The translations under genes were made by a program, and so were the position numbers. Below are positions 40,661-50,937 of a DNA stretch of 64,000 nt, piece after piece; positions within the stretch are counted from its first letter, which is position 1; each line of letters starts with the position of its first letter. The DNA is from Spirochaetota bacterium (GTDB lineage: Bacteria; Spirochaetota; UBA4802; UBA5550). The DNA lies in NCBI GenBank assembly GCA_963664815.2, contig CAXXHB010000003.1:2016001-2080000 (forward strand). The letters are read 5' to 3'. The notes beneath the pieces were generated by a model. That model saw only the letters and a list, made by a program, of their open reading frames with translations, did no database searches and had not been told where the DNA came from.

Positions 40661-42646
40661 TTACTGTTTTCTTTTTTCGCTGAAAGCTTTGTCAACCATG
40701 GAGTGGTCACCCCCCGGATTCCAGAATGAGTATGACTTACCCCCTCCATCAGTAACCCCTTTAACCTGTTTCATTATATAATCAGTACCCCATGTAGGAG
40801 AATTGTAATTCCAGTCCTGTATCCACTGACGTATTACAGTTCTTCCCCTTGAGTGATAAATTGAACGGATCGAACTGTCCTTTACTATCTGATAAGGCCT
40901 CTCCACATCCGAAAAACGCCTGTAAAATGCAGCACCGAAGTGTGAAGGATATACCATGGGATATATGGCGTCAACAAACCTTGAAAGGAACTGGATGTCC
41001 TGCCCGATAAGGTTGCCGAACCTGTACCATGCATTAAACCCGTAAATGTCTATAGAAACAGGAACACCGGCTTCTTTACGCGCCTGCTGAAGAAAATCCC
41101 CCATAATTTCAGACTTGAACGTGTCATCCTTCTCCCTGTACCTGTACAGACATCTTTTCACAGGTCCGTCAGTCGGGAATCTTATATAATCAAACTGAAT
41201 TTCGTCAAATCCAAGTTTAGCCGTTTCCCTGGCAATTTCAATATTATAGTCACGGACAAACTTCGAATACGGATCGCACCATTTCTCTCTCGGCAGTCCC
41301 ACCCATGGCCTGTTTGAAACCTTATCCCATATGGCATACTTCCCGCCGAAGGCTTCGTAGAGTTTTTTATCTTTAAAGGTAACGTTGCGGGCAATTACAT
41401 AAATTTTATTTTCATGCAGTTTTTTAATTACCTCTTTAATGTTTGTCTTTTTTATTGCGCCGAGCTCACGGGCTGTTCTGGAATCAACAGGGGCATTTAT
41501 CATCCCGTGATCATCCTTGACGTCTATAACCACAGCATTAAATTTATTACGAAGGACTATATCAAGAAATCCGTCAAAGTTTTTATCTATCATCCCCCAG
41601 CTTACATATAAAGCCTGTTTATTTCCCGATTTACTCTTTTCATCCATCGTATACTTCGTTATATCTCTTTTAATAAAAACAGGGGGGTTCTTTTTACTTT
41701 CTTTTACAAATAGCATGGCGGGACCATTATCATTAAAGCATTCCTTAATTTCTCCATAGGCAGGCGAGAGTATAATCTTTTTATCCGCAGGATTGTACTG
41801 GTACAATGCTTCAGTAGTCGCTATAAAAACAGTATCATTAAATGGACTTATTCCATATACACCCTCGGAATTTACATTTTTTACCGGTATATTTACCGGA
41901 TTCCATTTTTTTAAGTCGGTTGTTTCAGCAACTCCGCGGCCGAAAAGATACCCCGAATACAGTTTTCCTTTAACCGCTGCAATAGATGAAACACCTTCAC
42001 AGAAACAGAAATTTCCGGCATAATACTCTTTCGGTATACCGTCGTTTATCTCTTTAGTAGCTGCCGGTGTTATCCGTACAACACCATTGAAAGATGTTCC
42101 CGCATAGATCACATTATCAGCAACTGTCAGTGAAGTAAAATAATATGAATTTTTGTTTTCAACAACATCAATTTTCTGCCAGCTTTTGCCGCTGTCAGCT
42201 GATTTATAAAGGACATGCTTGGTCGCAAGGTATAGTTTAGACTGGTCCGAAGGGTCTATGCAGAATGCCGATATGGATCTGTACTCATCAACACCTGCCA
42301 GCTGAGTTCGCCTCTTCATAAGAGGGGATGATATATTTATCCACGAAGTGTCGCTCTGCGCACGTCTGAATATTCCCGAATATTCAGTTGTAAGGTAGAG
42401 AGTGCCGTTTTTATCGGAAGTAATATACTCCGCCTCAATGTTATCCGGAAGCCCTTCAGACATTTTGTGCCATGAACTGCCGTTATATCCCTTTATCCCT
42501 TCACCAGGGAAATAGCCAATATATATAAAACTCTCAGCCCCCCCTGAACATCCGGCTGTACATGAAAAAAGTAATAATGATATTATTATATATTTAACAG
42601 GATTTCCCCTGAAAACGAATCTGCATATTTTTAAAGAAGAAAACAT
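40661..42646 (-). CDS. Putative glycoside hydrolase (DUF4015-like TIM barrel) with N-terminal beta-propeller, probable lipoprotein
   Basis: NAVVIDVKDDHG, IARNVTFKD, GFDEIQFDYIRFP, PMVYPSH; BNR-like SADSGKSW; lipobox-like FSC/AGC. Confidence 0.75.
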   Translation of the reverse strand: MFSSLKICRFVFRGNPVKYIIISLLLFSCTAGCSGGAESFIYIGYFPGEGIKGYNGSSWHKMSEGLPDNIEAEYITSDKNGTLYLTTEYSGIFRRAQSDTSWINISSPLMKRRTQLAGVDEYRSISAFCIDPSDQSKLYLATKHVLYKSADSGKSWQKIDVVENKNSYYFTSLTVADNVIYAGTSFNGVVRITPAATKEINDGIPKEYYAGNFCFCEGVSSIAAVKGKLYSGYLFGRGVAETTDLKKWNPVNIPVKNVNSEGVYGISPFNDTVFIATTEALYQYNPADKKIILSPAYGEIKECFNDNGPAMLFVKESKKNPPVFIKRDITKYTMDEKSKSGNKQALYVSWGMIDKNFDGFLDIVLRNKFNAVVIDVKDDHGMINAPVDSRTARELGAIKKTNIKEVIKKLHENKIYVIARNVTFKDKKLYEAFGGKYAIWDKVSNRPWVGLPREKWCDPYSKFVRDYNIEIARETAKLGFDEIQFDYIRFPTDGPVKRCLYRYREKDDTFKSEIMGDFLQQARKEAGVPVSIDIYGFNAWYRFGNLIGQDIQFLSRFVDAIYPMVYPSHFGAAFYRRFSDVERPYQIVKDSSIRSIYHSRGRTVIRQWIQDWNYNSPTWGTDYIMKQVKGVTDGGGKSYSFWNPGGDHSMVDKAFSEKRKQ

Positions 42647-42744
42647 TATGATCCCCCTGAAATATTGTATACTATAATAATGGCGGCACTCTGCTGAACA
42701 AACAGCGTTTTACAGTTATTGTCTTTATCGGAGGTAAAAAGTTG

Positions 42745-43869
42745 TCAATTCTTTAAATTGATGTTTAATATCCTGTTAAAATAGTCCATATTTGCATAAT
42801 AGATAAAATCGAGAGCCGAAAAGTTCAGCATTATTAATAGATTATTTTTTATTCCAAGAGAAGTATAGCATGTAAAAGTGGATGTTTCGCTGTCAGCATC
42901 CCATAGTGAAAGCGAAAGCGACCTGTTTTTTAAATCTATCTTTACTGTATCGGCAATTACGCATGACTGAAACATTAATGAAGATGTAAATGTATCTATA
43001 TCATTTTTTTCAAATTTCATGTTTTTTAATTCGATTGATTCAATCCCTATCTGCGCATCCCTTGAAGTAAATTTACTCAGTTCGTATGTATCGTAAATAT
43101 CAAGAGCGAGATCCCCCTTTTCAAAATGCCAGTTTTTGTCCAGGGCAAGCGGAATATTATCAAGCTTTACATTCATACCCTCTGTTTCCGTGATTATATA
43201 TTTTTTATCTTCTGTCCTGGTATTATAAAATACAGGCAGCTTGCTGATCCTTGTGAACATATCCGGATCTTCCTTAAGAACAGAGCCGAAACATACCAGT
43301 TTCAGGGATTTGTAACCCTTCTCACCTGAAGAGTCAGTTTCGGCATTACTGCTTGATTCAAGTTTATAAAATGGAATCCACCATCTGTAGCTGTTGATCA
43401 GTTTTCTTTTGTAGGCTGACCATTCCGAGGCAACAGTTATATCTTTCCTGTTATTTATATCCTGTAAATTTTTACTGGTTTCACCGCCCATATATTTCAT
43501 AAGGTTAAGAAGATCGGCCATTATAAGCGATCCCTCTTTTGCATCACCCTGCATTTCATCTGTAAAAAAATCCATTCCGCCTTTATCCAGATAAAAATGC
43601 CCGAGAAAAAGAAAAGACTCACCGTTACTTATATTGCATGCTCGTATTATATACTGTTTATTATCAGCTTTCATGATCCCAATAAGCCTGTTTACCGGTT
43701 TCACGCTGCCGTATATCCCTGTTCTCATATCGTGGTAGTATACATACTGTCCCGGCCTCTCTCCGGGGAACGGATCAGCTTTAACCATTGTACTCTTTTC
43801 TGCAAAGACAGCAACCTGAATAAAAATTACAGAAAATGCGATAAACAGACATTTCAATTTATTTAACAT
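42745..43869 (-). CDS. Secreted hypothetical protein
   Basis: Signal peptide ending VFA; YVYYHD.R segment. Confidence 0.6.
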   Translation of the reverse strand: MLNKLKCLFIAFSVIFIQVAVFAEKSTMVKADPFPGERPGQYVYYHDMRTGIYGSVKPVNRLIGIMKADNKQYIIRACNISNGESFLFLGHFYLDKGGMDFFTDEMQGDAKEGSLIMADLLNLMKYMGGETSKNLQDINNRKDITVASEWSAYKRKLINSYRWWIPFYKLESSSNAETDSSGEKGYKSLKLVCFGSVLKEDPDMFTRISKLPVFYNTRTEDKKYIITETEGMNVKLDNIPLALDKNWHFEKGDLALDIYDTYELSKFTSRDAQIGIESIELKNMKFEKNDIDTFTSSLMFQSCVIADTVKIDLKNRSLSLSLWDADSETSTFTCYTSLGIKNNLLIMLNFSALDFIYYANMDYFNRILNINLKN

Positions 43870-44197
43870 GTGATCTCTTCTCCTTTTTATATATTAACCT
43901 GATTCATAATTCATGATTTCCGGCCGGATCATAATTTTTAATTTTAAAGTATTAAAACTGATTTATTATATTATCTTTATATATAATGTCTTTAAGTTCA
44001 CATTAAATTTTAATTTTATAAATAATATTATTACAGATTTCATCAATCATAAAATTCAGTTTTTTAACTCTTTTATTCACATGAATTATCATCCGGCAAT
44101 ATCATGACAATTATTGATTATTTAATTTTTTTTTGCACCTTAAAATCAAATCCGCTGTTTAAATAAATAAAATTAAATCCTATACGGAGCTGACGTA

Positions 44198-44839
44198 ATG
44201 AACATTTTAAAACAGGAAAAAGTATCAGCTTATTCACATGGCGCCTTGATACCAATAATGCTTGCTGGTGCAATACTTCTTGCTATCCTCGCAGGTAACA
44301 ACATGAAACTTGAGTTTTTTATAATTGTTTACGGAATTTCATCAGTGACTCTTTTCACTGCCAGCTTTCTCTACCATGCCAAAAAGAAAACTGTGGATGA
44401 AAGGTCGGTATGGCGCAAACTGGATCGTTCCGCTATTTTTGTTTTAATAGCCGGCACTGCAACACCGATGTGTTTTATCTATCTTGACGGTGCCATGAGA
44501 ATATGGGTTCTCGCTGCACAATGGTTTCTTGTTGTATCAGGAATTGCATTCTGCTTTTTTACAAATGCACACCGTAAAATAAGTACAGTTTTATATCTGA
44601 CAATGGGATGGCTTGTTGTATTCCCTTTTAAACTCAAGCTTGCCGCAATCCCTTCAAGTGTTCTTGAACTGTTCTTCGCAGGGGTAGTATTCTACACCGC
44701 AGGAGCAATAGTTTATGCTGTCAAAAAACCGAATCTCCAGAATCTCGGGTTTCATGAAGTATTTCACATGTTTGTTAATGCCGGCGCCATTTGTCATCTT
44801 TTTATGATCATAAACGGAGTGAATATTTATCTGGGTTGA
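44198..44839 (+). CDS. Hemolysin III / PAQR family membrane protein
   Basis: E..SAYSH, SFLYH, LDRSAIFVLIAGT.TP, GFHEVFH. Confidence 0.9.
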   Translation: MNILKQEKVSAYSHGALIPIMLAGAILLAILAGNNMKLEFFIIVYGISSVTLFTASFLYHAKKKTVDERSVWRKLDRSAIFVLIAGTATPMCFIYLDGAMRIWVLAAQWFLVVSGIAFCFFTNAHRKISTVLYLTMGWLVVFPFKLKLAAIPSSVLELFFAGVVFYTAGAIVYAVKKPNLQNLGFHEVFHMFVNAGAICHLFMIINGVNIYLG

Positions 44840-44908
44840 AAGAAGTAAACAATACTGATTCAATATATATTTGATGTTAATGCCTTAATATATATTTTAG
44901 TGTAAAAT

Positions 44909-44961
44909 AAAATGCTATATTATATACGCCGCCTCCGGCGGCGTATATAATATAGCATTTT
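44909..44961. repeat. 25-bp perfect inverted repeat with 3-nt loop
   Basis: AAAATGCTATATTATATACGCCGCC-TCC-GGCGGCGTATATAATATAGCATTTT; followed by (TAT)6 at 44963-44982. Confidence 0.9.
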
Positions 44962-45019
44962 CTATTATTATTATTATTATTAAAATTTCAGGAATTATTA
45001 TTGATATATATTTATATCT

Positions 45020-45886
45020 CTAAAGATATATTGAGTTTTTCTCAATTGCTGCATATAACTTCATCGGAGGCACAACGAATTTTTGTGCATTATCAATTAT
45101 TATTTCAAGCTCCTCATCAGTATGTACCGGGTCATGATGAAAAGCAAAAAGATTTTTAACATTGTACCTGTTGCCGATTTCAACAGCCTTGTTGATTGTT
45201 GTATGGCCCCAGCCGATCTTGTTTTTATACTCTTCTTCAGTATATTGACAGTCTGCTATAAGCACATCAGCATTTTTTATAAGATTACCGATATTTCTTT
45301 CATTTATCATTTCAATTTCCGGGTCATCTGAAATTTCATTATCTGTTGCATACACAACGACTTTACCTTTGTATTCAATGCGGAAACCGAGGGAAAGCGA
45401 GGGATGAATCAGGTGAGTATAATAAATTTTCACATCATTAATGTAAAACGGATTATCTGCAAGAGTATTGAATACCACAGTTGAAGCGAGTTCAAGAACT
45501 GATACCGGGAAGTATTCCTTTTCCATCTGGCCGTATATAAGTTTTTCCAGCGCTGACACACTGTTACCACCATAAAATGACAACCTGTTACCCGGAAGAT
45601 ATGCCATATGAAAAAATGGAAATCCCTGAATATGGTCCCAGTGTGTATGGCTTATAAGTATATGGTATTCACGCGGAGTTGCGCCAAACTCATGAAGAAG
45701 AGATGCACCCAGTTCCCTGATACCTGTACCGGCATCCAGTATAATAATCGTATCACCGCATCTAATCTCAACACAGGGGGTATTCCCGCCATATTTTAAA
45801 AAGTATCTCCCGGGCGTAGGTATTGAGCCCCTTGTACCCCAGAACTTTACTTTTATATTATAATTATCTTTATTTATATCAGACAT
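45020..45886 (-). CDS. MBL-fold metallo-hydrolase
   Basis: FWGTRGSIP, YGGNTPC, SHTHWDHIQG, GWGH, HHDP. Confidence 0.9.
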   Translation of the reverse strand: MSDINKDNYNIKVKFWGTRGSIPTPGRYFLKYGGNTPCVEIRCGDTIIILDAGTGIRELGASLLHEFGATPREYHILISHTHWDHIQGFPFFHMAYLPGNRLSFYGGNSVSALEKLIYGQMEKEYFPVSVLELASTVVFNTLADNPFYINDVKIYYTHLIHPSLSLGFRIEYKGKVVVYATDNEISDDPEIEMINERNIGNLIKNADVLIADCQYTEEEYKNKIGWGHTTINKAVEIGNRYNVKNLFAFHHDPVHTDEELEIIIDNAQKFVVPPMKLYAAIEKNSIYL

Positions 45887-46011
45887 AAATATATACCAGA
45901 ATATTTATAACTCATATATCATATAATTATTGTTTGTCAACAATATATCATTATCCCTTTACAGTATTTATTATACTGTCAGGCACTCACTTTGATAATT
46001 TTTACCGGATA

Positions 46012-46779
46012 TCATTTTTTAAAGTTCCATTCATCTGATAAGAATTTTCTGGAACATGATTCCATAATTATAGATTCAGTTTCAGACAGATTATCCATAC
46101 TGAAATCGATATTAAATGCTCCTGAAAAATCGTTTATCAGGCTTACAGTAAGATTATCAATAAACTTCTCGGTTATCTCCTCCCCGGTTTCCTTTTTTAT
46201 GGATGTTACAGTATCACAGGCTGAAGTGAATCCCCTGTCGTTTATTTTTTTTTCATCATGGATTAATGCGGAGGTTATCACATCGCTGTCAATGTCCATA
46301 ATAAGCGTTCCATGCTGCTGAAGTATCCCCCTTTTTCTCGCCTGTGCACTCCCTGAAATTTTTCTTTTATCAATGACAATATCGTTTACCGGCCTGTATT
46401 CAGCTTTAATTGAAAGCAGTCGCAGTGATTTTATTATGGGTGAAATTATAGCTCTGAACGAATCGTCTACAGATTCCGGAACAATACCCGATTTTACAGG
46501 CACGGTAAAACTGTATGTAAGTTCCATATGATGCATTACCGTACCGCCGCCTGTCTCCCTCCTGGTCACTGTAATTCCGTTCTTTTTACAGTAACACATG
46601 TTCACGCACTCAAGAATTTTCTGAAAATACCCGAGAGTGACAGATGCACGTTCCCAGCGGTATAAGCGTAGAGTCGGTAAAGAACCTGACATTGACAGTC
46701 CCTGCAGTATCGCATGATCCTTGGCCATGTTAACAGCGCTGTTAAGCGGTGGATCTATTATAAGTCTGAATCTGTTCAT
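46012..46779 (-). CDS. Lipoate-protein ligase / octanoyltransferase (LplA/LipM-like, catalytic domain only)
   Basis: NMAKD, RRETGGGTV.H, NDI...RKISGSAQ, QHGT. Confidence 0.85.
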   Translation of the reverse strand: MNRFRLIIDPPLNSAVNMAKDHAILQGLSMSGSLPTLRLYRWERASVTLGYFQKILECVNMCYCKKNGITVTRRETGGGTVMHHMELTYSFTVPVKSGIVPESVDDSFRAIISPIIKSLRLLSIKAEYRPVNDIVIDKRKISGSAQARKRGILQQHGTLIMDIDSDVITSALIHDEKKINDRGFTSACDTVTSIKKETGEEITEKFIDNLTVSLINDFSGAFNIDFSMDNLSETESIIMESCSRKFLSDEWNFKK

Positions 46780-46807
46780 TTTTTCATATACCTTTAACAG
46801 GATGATT

Positions 46808-47659
46808 TTAATTATGCCACACACAGGCAGCATGATATGAGCTTCTTACATTGGGTGCGCTTAAAACTTTTTCAAATCCCATACTTATACCCGTCTTTTC
46901 AATCTCATCGAATTCATCCGGGTGATAATACTTTTCCACTGAATAGCTGTTTCTGCCGGGACTAAGATATTGTCCCACTGTGAGAATTCTGCAACCTGAT
47001 TCTATAAGATCAGACATAGTAGAAGATATGTCATCAATGGTTTCTCCGAATCCGATCATAAGACCAGATTTAACCCTGAACCCGCAATCAGAAGCTGTTT
47101 TTATAAGGTTAAGCGATCTCCTGTAATCCCCTGAGGGCCTCAACAGCGGGAAGAAACATTCAACAGTCTCAATATTATGGTTGAGTATATCCGGCTCCGA
47201 TTCCCTTATAATATTTAACGAGCTCAGGCATGAATCTCTGAAATCCGGAACAAGCAGTTCAACACCGCAGCCGGGAACCCTTTCTTTTATTCTGTATGAC
47301 GTTTCAGCAAAATATGAAGCGCCTCCGTCAGATAGATCATCACGCGTAACAGAGGTTATAACAACGTATTTCAGACCGAGACGTGCAACGGCTTCACCGA
47401 TTCTTTGCGGCTCCATACTGTCCGGATAATCCGGTTTGCCGCTGTCCACCGCACAATACAGACAATGACGTGTACATTTATTGCCCAGTATCAGGAAAGT
47501 TGCTGTATTCTCTGAAAAACACTGCCCTGCATTTGGACACTTTGCCTCCGAACATATAGTATTCAGCTTCAGCTCACTTAAACATCTTTTAACATTCAGA
47601 TAACCGGGACCGCCCGGAGTTTTATACCTTATCCACCCGGGGATTCTTTTATCTGCCAT
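46808..47659 (-). CDS. lipA: Lipoyl synthase
   Basis: CSEAKCPNAGQC, CTRHCLYC, RSSY. Confidence 0.95.
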   Translation of the reverse strand: MADKRIPGWIRYKTPGGPGYLNVKRCLSELKLNTICSEAKCPNAGQCFSENTATFLILGNKCTRHCLYCAVDSGKPDYPDSMEPQRIGEAVARLGLKYVVITSVTRDDLSDGGASYFAETSYRIKERVPGCGVELLVPDFRDSCLSSLNIIRESEPDILNHNIETVECFFPLLRPSGDYRRSLNLIKTASDCGFRVKSGLMIGFGETIDDISSTMSDLIESGCRILTVGQYLSPGRNSYSVEKYYHPDEFDEIEKTGISMGFEKVLSAPNVRSSYHAACVWHN

Positions 47660-49085
47660 TATCCCATACCAGAACAGGTTTTTTAGCAGCCATTACCGTA
47701 TCAACTCTTTTTACAGAAGTATTATGAGGAGCCCCAAGCACAAGACCGGGATTTTCATCACACTCTTTCCTTATTTTTTTCATAGCGTCGATAAACCGGT
47801 TCAGCGACCGGAGTGTTTCTGTCTCTGTCGGTTCAATCATCATTGCACCATGTATCAGCAGAGGGAAGTAAACTGTCGGTGAATGAAATCCGTAATCAGC
47901 AATTCTTTTCCCTATATCATTGGTAGTAATACCCCCCGGAAGGTCCCGGTCGCTGACTACAAATTCATGCATACAACTTCTGTTAACCGGAATATGGTAA
48001 AATCCACGCAACTTCGACATAAGGTAGTTGGCATTAAGTACTGCTGTATCCGATACTTCACGAATACCATCATAACCGAGCATATTTATATAAACCCATG
48101 CCCTGAGACAGACTCCGAAATTCCCATGGAAAGCGTGAATCTTCCCTATTGAATCAGGCAGATCATATGCCATTATATATCCATTCTCTTTTTTCCTGAT
48201 AACTGGCACCGGAAGAAATGATACAAGATGACCGGCGACTCCAAGCGGACCGGAACCCGGACCGCCTCCGCCGTGAGGGGTGGAGAAGGTTTTGTGAAGA
48301 TTTATATGCATCAGGTCAAAACCCATATCATGGAAACGGACTCTCCCCACAGTTGCATTAAGGTTTGCGCCATCACCGTAAAATAATGAACCGTTTTTAT
48401 GCAGTGCATCACCTATTTTTAAAAGATTCCGGTCAAAAAGCCCGAGAGTATTCGGACTTGTAAGCATCATTGCAGCGACATTGCCATCAAGCGACTCCAT
48501 GAATTTTTCCAGATCAATATCGCCTTCGGCTGTAGATGGTATTTCACGGACTTTAAATCCGCACATGGCTACAGAGGCAGGATTGGTTCCGTGGGCGGAA
48601 TCCGGTATTAATATTGTATCTCTCTTTTCACCCTTACTTTCAAAATATTTTCTGATTATCATGACTCCTGTAAGTTCACCATGCGAACCGGCCGCAGGAG
48701 ATAAAGTAAATTCAGAAAAACCTGTTATAGCACATAAATATCCGGAAAGTTCATACATAATCTGAAGAGCTCCCTGTACCAGGTTTTCTTCCGACATGGG
48801 ATGAAGTGACGAGAAGCCTTTACTGCGCGCTATTCTTTCATTTATTTTAGGGTTGTACTTCATTGTGCAGCTTCCCAGAGGATACATCCCGTTATCCACT
48901 CCGAAATTCATTTTTGACAGGTTGTTGTAATGCCGCACAACTTCCGGCTCGCTACAATCGGGAAGGTCTGTATTATCCCGGAGATATTTTTCAGGTATAT
49001 TGCTGTAATCTTCCCCCACCCACGAAGGTAATCTGTAATGATTCTGACCCGGCGTACTCTTTTCAAATATCAGTTCCGTGTTCAT
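47649..49085 (-). CDS. gcvPB: Glycine dehydrogenase subunit 2
   Basis: PLGSCTMKYNP, SAHGTNPAS, LHKTFSTPHGGGGPG, IEPTE. Confidence 0.95.
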   Translation of the reverse strand: MNTELIFEKSTPGQNHYRLPSWVGEDYSNIPEKYLRDNTDLPDCSEPEVVRHYNNLSKMNFGVDNGMYPLGSCTMKYNPKINERIARSKGFSSLHPMSEENLVQGALQIMYELSGYLCAITGFSEFTLSPAAGSHGELTGVMIIRKYFESKGEKRDTILIPDSAHGTNPASVAMCGFKVREIPSTAEGDIDLEKFMESLDGNVAAMMLTSPNTLGLFDRNLLKIGDALHKNGSLFYGDGANLNATVGRVRFHDMGFDLMHINLHKTFSTPHGGGGPGSGPLGVAGHLVSFLPVPVIRKKENGYIMAYDLPDSIGKIHAFHGNFGVCLRAWVYINMLGYDGIREVSDTAVLNANYLMSKLRGFYHIPVNRSCMHEFVVSDRDLPGGITTNDIGKRIADYGFHSPTVYFPLLIHGAMMIEPTETETLRSLNRFIDAMKKIRKECDENPGLVLGAPHNTSVKRVDTVMAAKKPVLVWDNGR

Positions 49086-50413
49086 CTGCATCCCCCGATA
49101 ATCTCCGCATACTCATCAGCATCATCTTTTGAAATCATTTCTGTAGCGCATACAAGAAGACATCCTTCATATTCAGGGTAAAACCGTGAAATTTCAAGAC
49201 CTGGATTAATACCTCTTTTTATAAATTCATTCATTGCCATGCCGCTGTTTTCCGGTTGAATTATGAATTCATTGAAAAACGGTTTGTTGTCATGGAATGT
49301 TTTTATTCCTGATTCAATAAGCCTTCTGTGAAGATAGCATGCTGTTCTGTGATTTACCGAAGCGAGTTCTTTAAGCCTGACACCGATAAGGCTCAGAAAT
49401 ACCGCCGTTCTGAGAGCTATTAGTCCCTCATTTGTGCAGATATTTGATGTTGCTTTCCCGCGTCTGATATGCTGCTCCCTTGTCTGTAGTGTAAGCGTAT
49501 ATACCCTGCTCCCTTCCGAATCCACCGTCTGTCCGACGAGCCTTCCGGGAATTCTGCGAATAAACGCCTTCCCTGCAGATATATATCCGGCATATGGCCC
49601 TCCGAAATTCAGCGGATTCCCGAAGCTCTGAACCTCTCCGCAAACAACATCGGAACCCAGTTCTCCTGGCCCCTTAAGCATACCCAGGCTCATTGCCTCA
49701 ACAACAACCGTAATCATTATTGCACCGGATTCAACAGCTGTTTTGCTGAATGAATTTATATCCTCAATCAATCCGAAGAAGTTGGGCGACTGAATTATCA
49801 CTGCCGATGTATCTGAACCGGCAGCATTACAGCATGCTGAAATGTCAGTAATCCCGTCAGACATAGGCAGTTCCGCAACCCGGAAGCCGCATGCACGGGC
49901 GTATGTATCAAGGACATCCCTGTAATATGGATGTATCCCCCTGCTGACCAGGACTGTTTTCCTGTTATTTGTACGAACAGCCATCATCGCCGCCTCCGCC
50001 ATGGAAGTAGCGCCATCGTACATGCTGGCGTTTGTCAGATCCATCCCTGTCAGACGGCTCATCATTGTCTGAAATTCGAAAATGGCCCCGAGCGTCCCCT
50101 GGCTCACCTCCGGCTGATATGGCGTATAAGCGGTGTAGAACTCGGATCTTGATGAAATTTCATCAACAACAGGGGGAACATAATGATTATAGGCCCCCGC
50201 TCCGGTAAATGTTTTTGAAAACCGGATATTTTTATTTTCAATGAAAGAGGCGATTCTTTCTATACTGATTTCAGATGCCGGGAGAGGAAGGCCGTCAATA
50301 TTAGCAATCTGTATGCCGGCCGGAATGTCGCTGAACAGATCATCAACTGATAAAACCCCTATATCAGCAAGCATTCTGTTGATGTCAGCTTTTGATAACC
50401 CGGTAAAACTCAT
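49082..50413 (-). CDS. gcvPA: Glycine dehydrogenase subunit 1
   Basis: TAYTPYQPEVSQG, NASMYDG, QTREQHIRR.KATSNIC. Confidence 0.95.
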   Translation of the reverse strand: MSFTGLSKADINRMLADIGVLSVDDLFSDIPAGIQIANIDGLPLPASEISIERIASFIENKNIRFSKTFTGAGAYNHYVPPVVDEISSRSEFYTAYTPYQPEVSQGTLGAIFEFQTMMSRLTGMDLTNASMYDGATSMAEAAMMAVRTNNRKTVLVSRGIHPYYRDVLDTYARACGFRVAELPMSDGITDISACCNAAGSDTSAVIIQSPNFFGLIEDINSFSKTAVESGAIMITVVVEAMSLGMLKGPGELGSDVVCGEVQSFGNPLNFGGPYAGYISAGKAFIRRIPGRLVGQTVDSEGSRVYTLTLQTREQHIRRGKATSNICTNEGLIALRTAVFLSLIGVRLKELASVNHRTACYLHRRLIESGIKTFHDNKPFFNEFIIQPENSGMAMNEFIKRGINPGLEISRFYPEYEGCLLVCATEMISKDDADEYAEIIGGCR

Positions 50414-50414
50414 C

Positions 50415-50828
50415 TCATTCACCATCTTTAATAAGTTTAAGATAATCCGCCGGTTTTAAGAGTTTATCAATCCCCTTTTTGTCAGTAAGCTCAAGTCTGA
50501 ACAGCCATCCGTCACCATATGGATCTTTATTGATAATTTCGGGTGTATCTTCCACATCACGGTTTACTGTAACCACTTTACCCTTTAATGGAGAATATAC
50601 GTCAGATGCGGCTTTTGGAGACTCGATAATTACCACAGGTTCACCCTGTTCCACAACCGATTGTACAATATTAGCAATAAATTCAACAAAAACAATATCT
50701 CCAAGCGCATTCTGCGCGTGATCCGTTATACCGCATACACCATGCATTTCATCAATAATTCTGATCCATTCATGTTCCTCAGTGTATAATAAATCTTCAG
50801 GTACCTTCATCCCCTTTTCTTTTGTCAT
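50415..50828 (-). CDS. gcvH: Glycine cleavage H protein
   Basis: YTEEHEW, GITDHAQ.LGDIVF, ESPKAASDVYSP, INKDPYGDGW; GGAGG RBS. Confidence 0.95.
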   Translation of the reverse strand: MTKEKGMKVPEDLLYTEEHEWIRIIDEMHGVCGITDHAQNALGDIVFVEFIANIVQSVVEQGEPVVIIESPKAASDVYSPLKGKVVTVNRDVEDTPEIINKDPYGDGWLFRLELTDKKGIDKLLKPADYLKLIKDGE

Positions 50829-50908
50829 TTATATACCTCCGGTTTAAACTGTCATTTTTTCGATTTCATCCGCCGGTCACGGAACATAGTGGAGACGGAC
50901 TTTAAAAT

Positions 50909-50937
50909 ATTATACTTTTACTAAAAAATTATTTCAA
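50909..50937 (-). promoter_or_regulatory. Internal sigma70-type promoter upstream of gcvH
   Basis: TTGAAA-N17-TATAAT overlapping the gcvT stop. Confidence 0.55.

Noticed and set aside
50829-50908. Glycine or ZTP riboswitch before gcvH
   Set aside because: No glycine aptamer motifs; only a GTGACCGGCG fragment, without the 3' CGYCTGGGC element of the ZTP riboswitch
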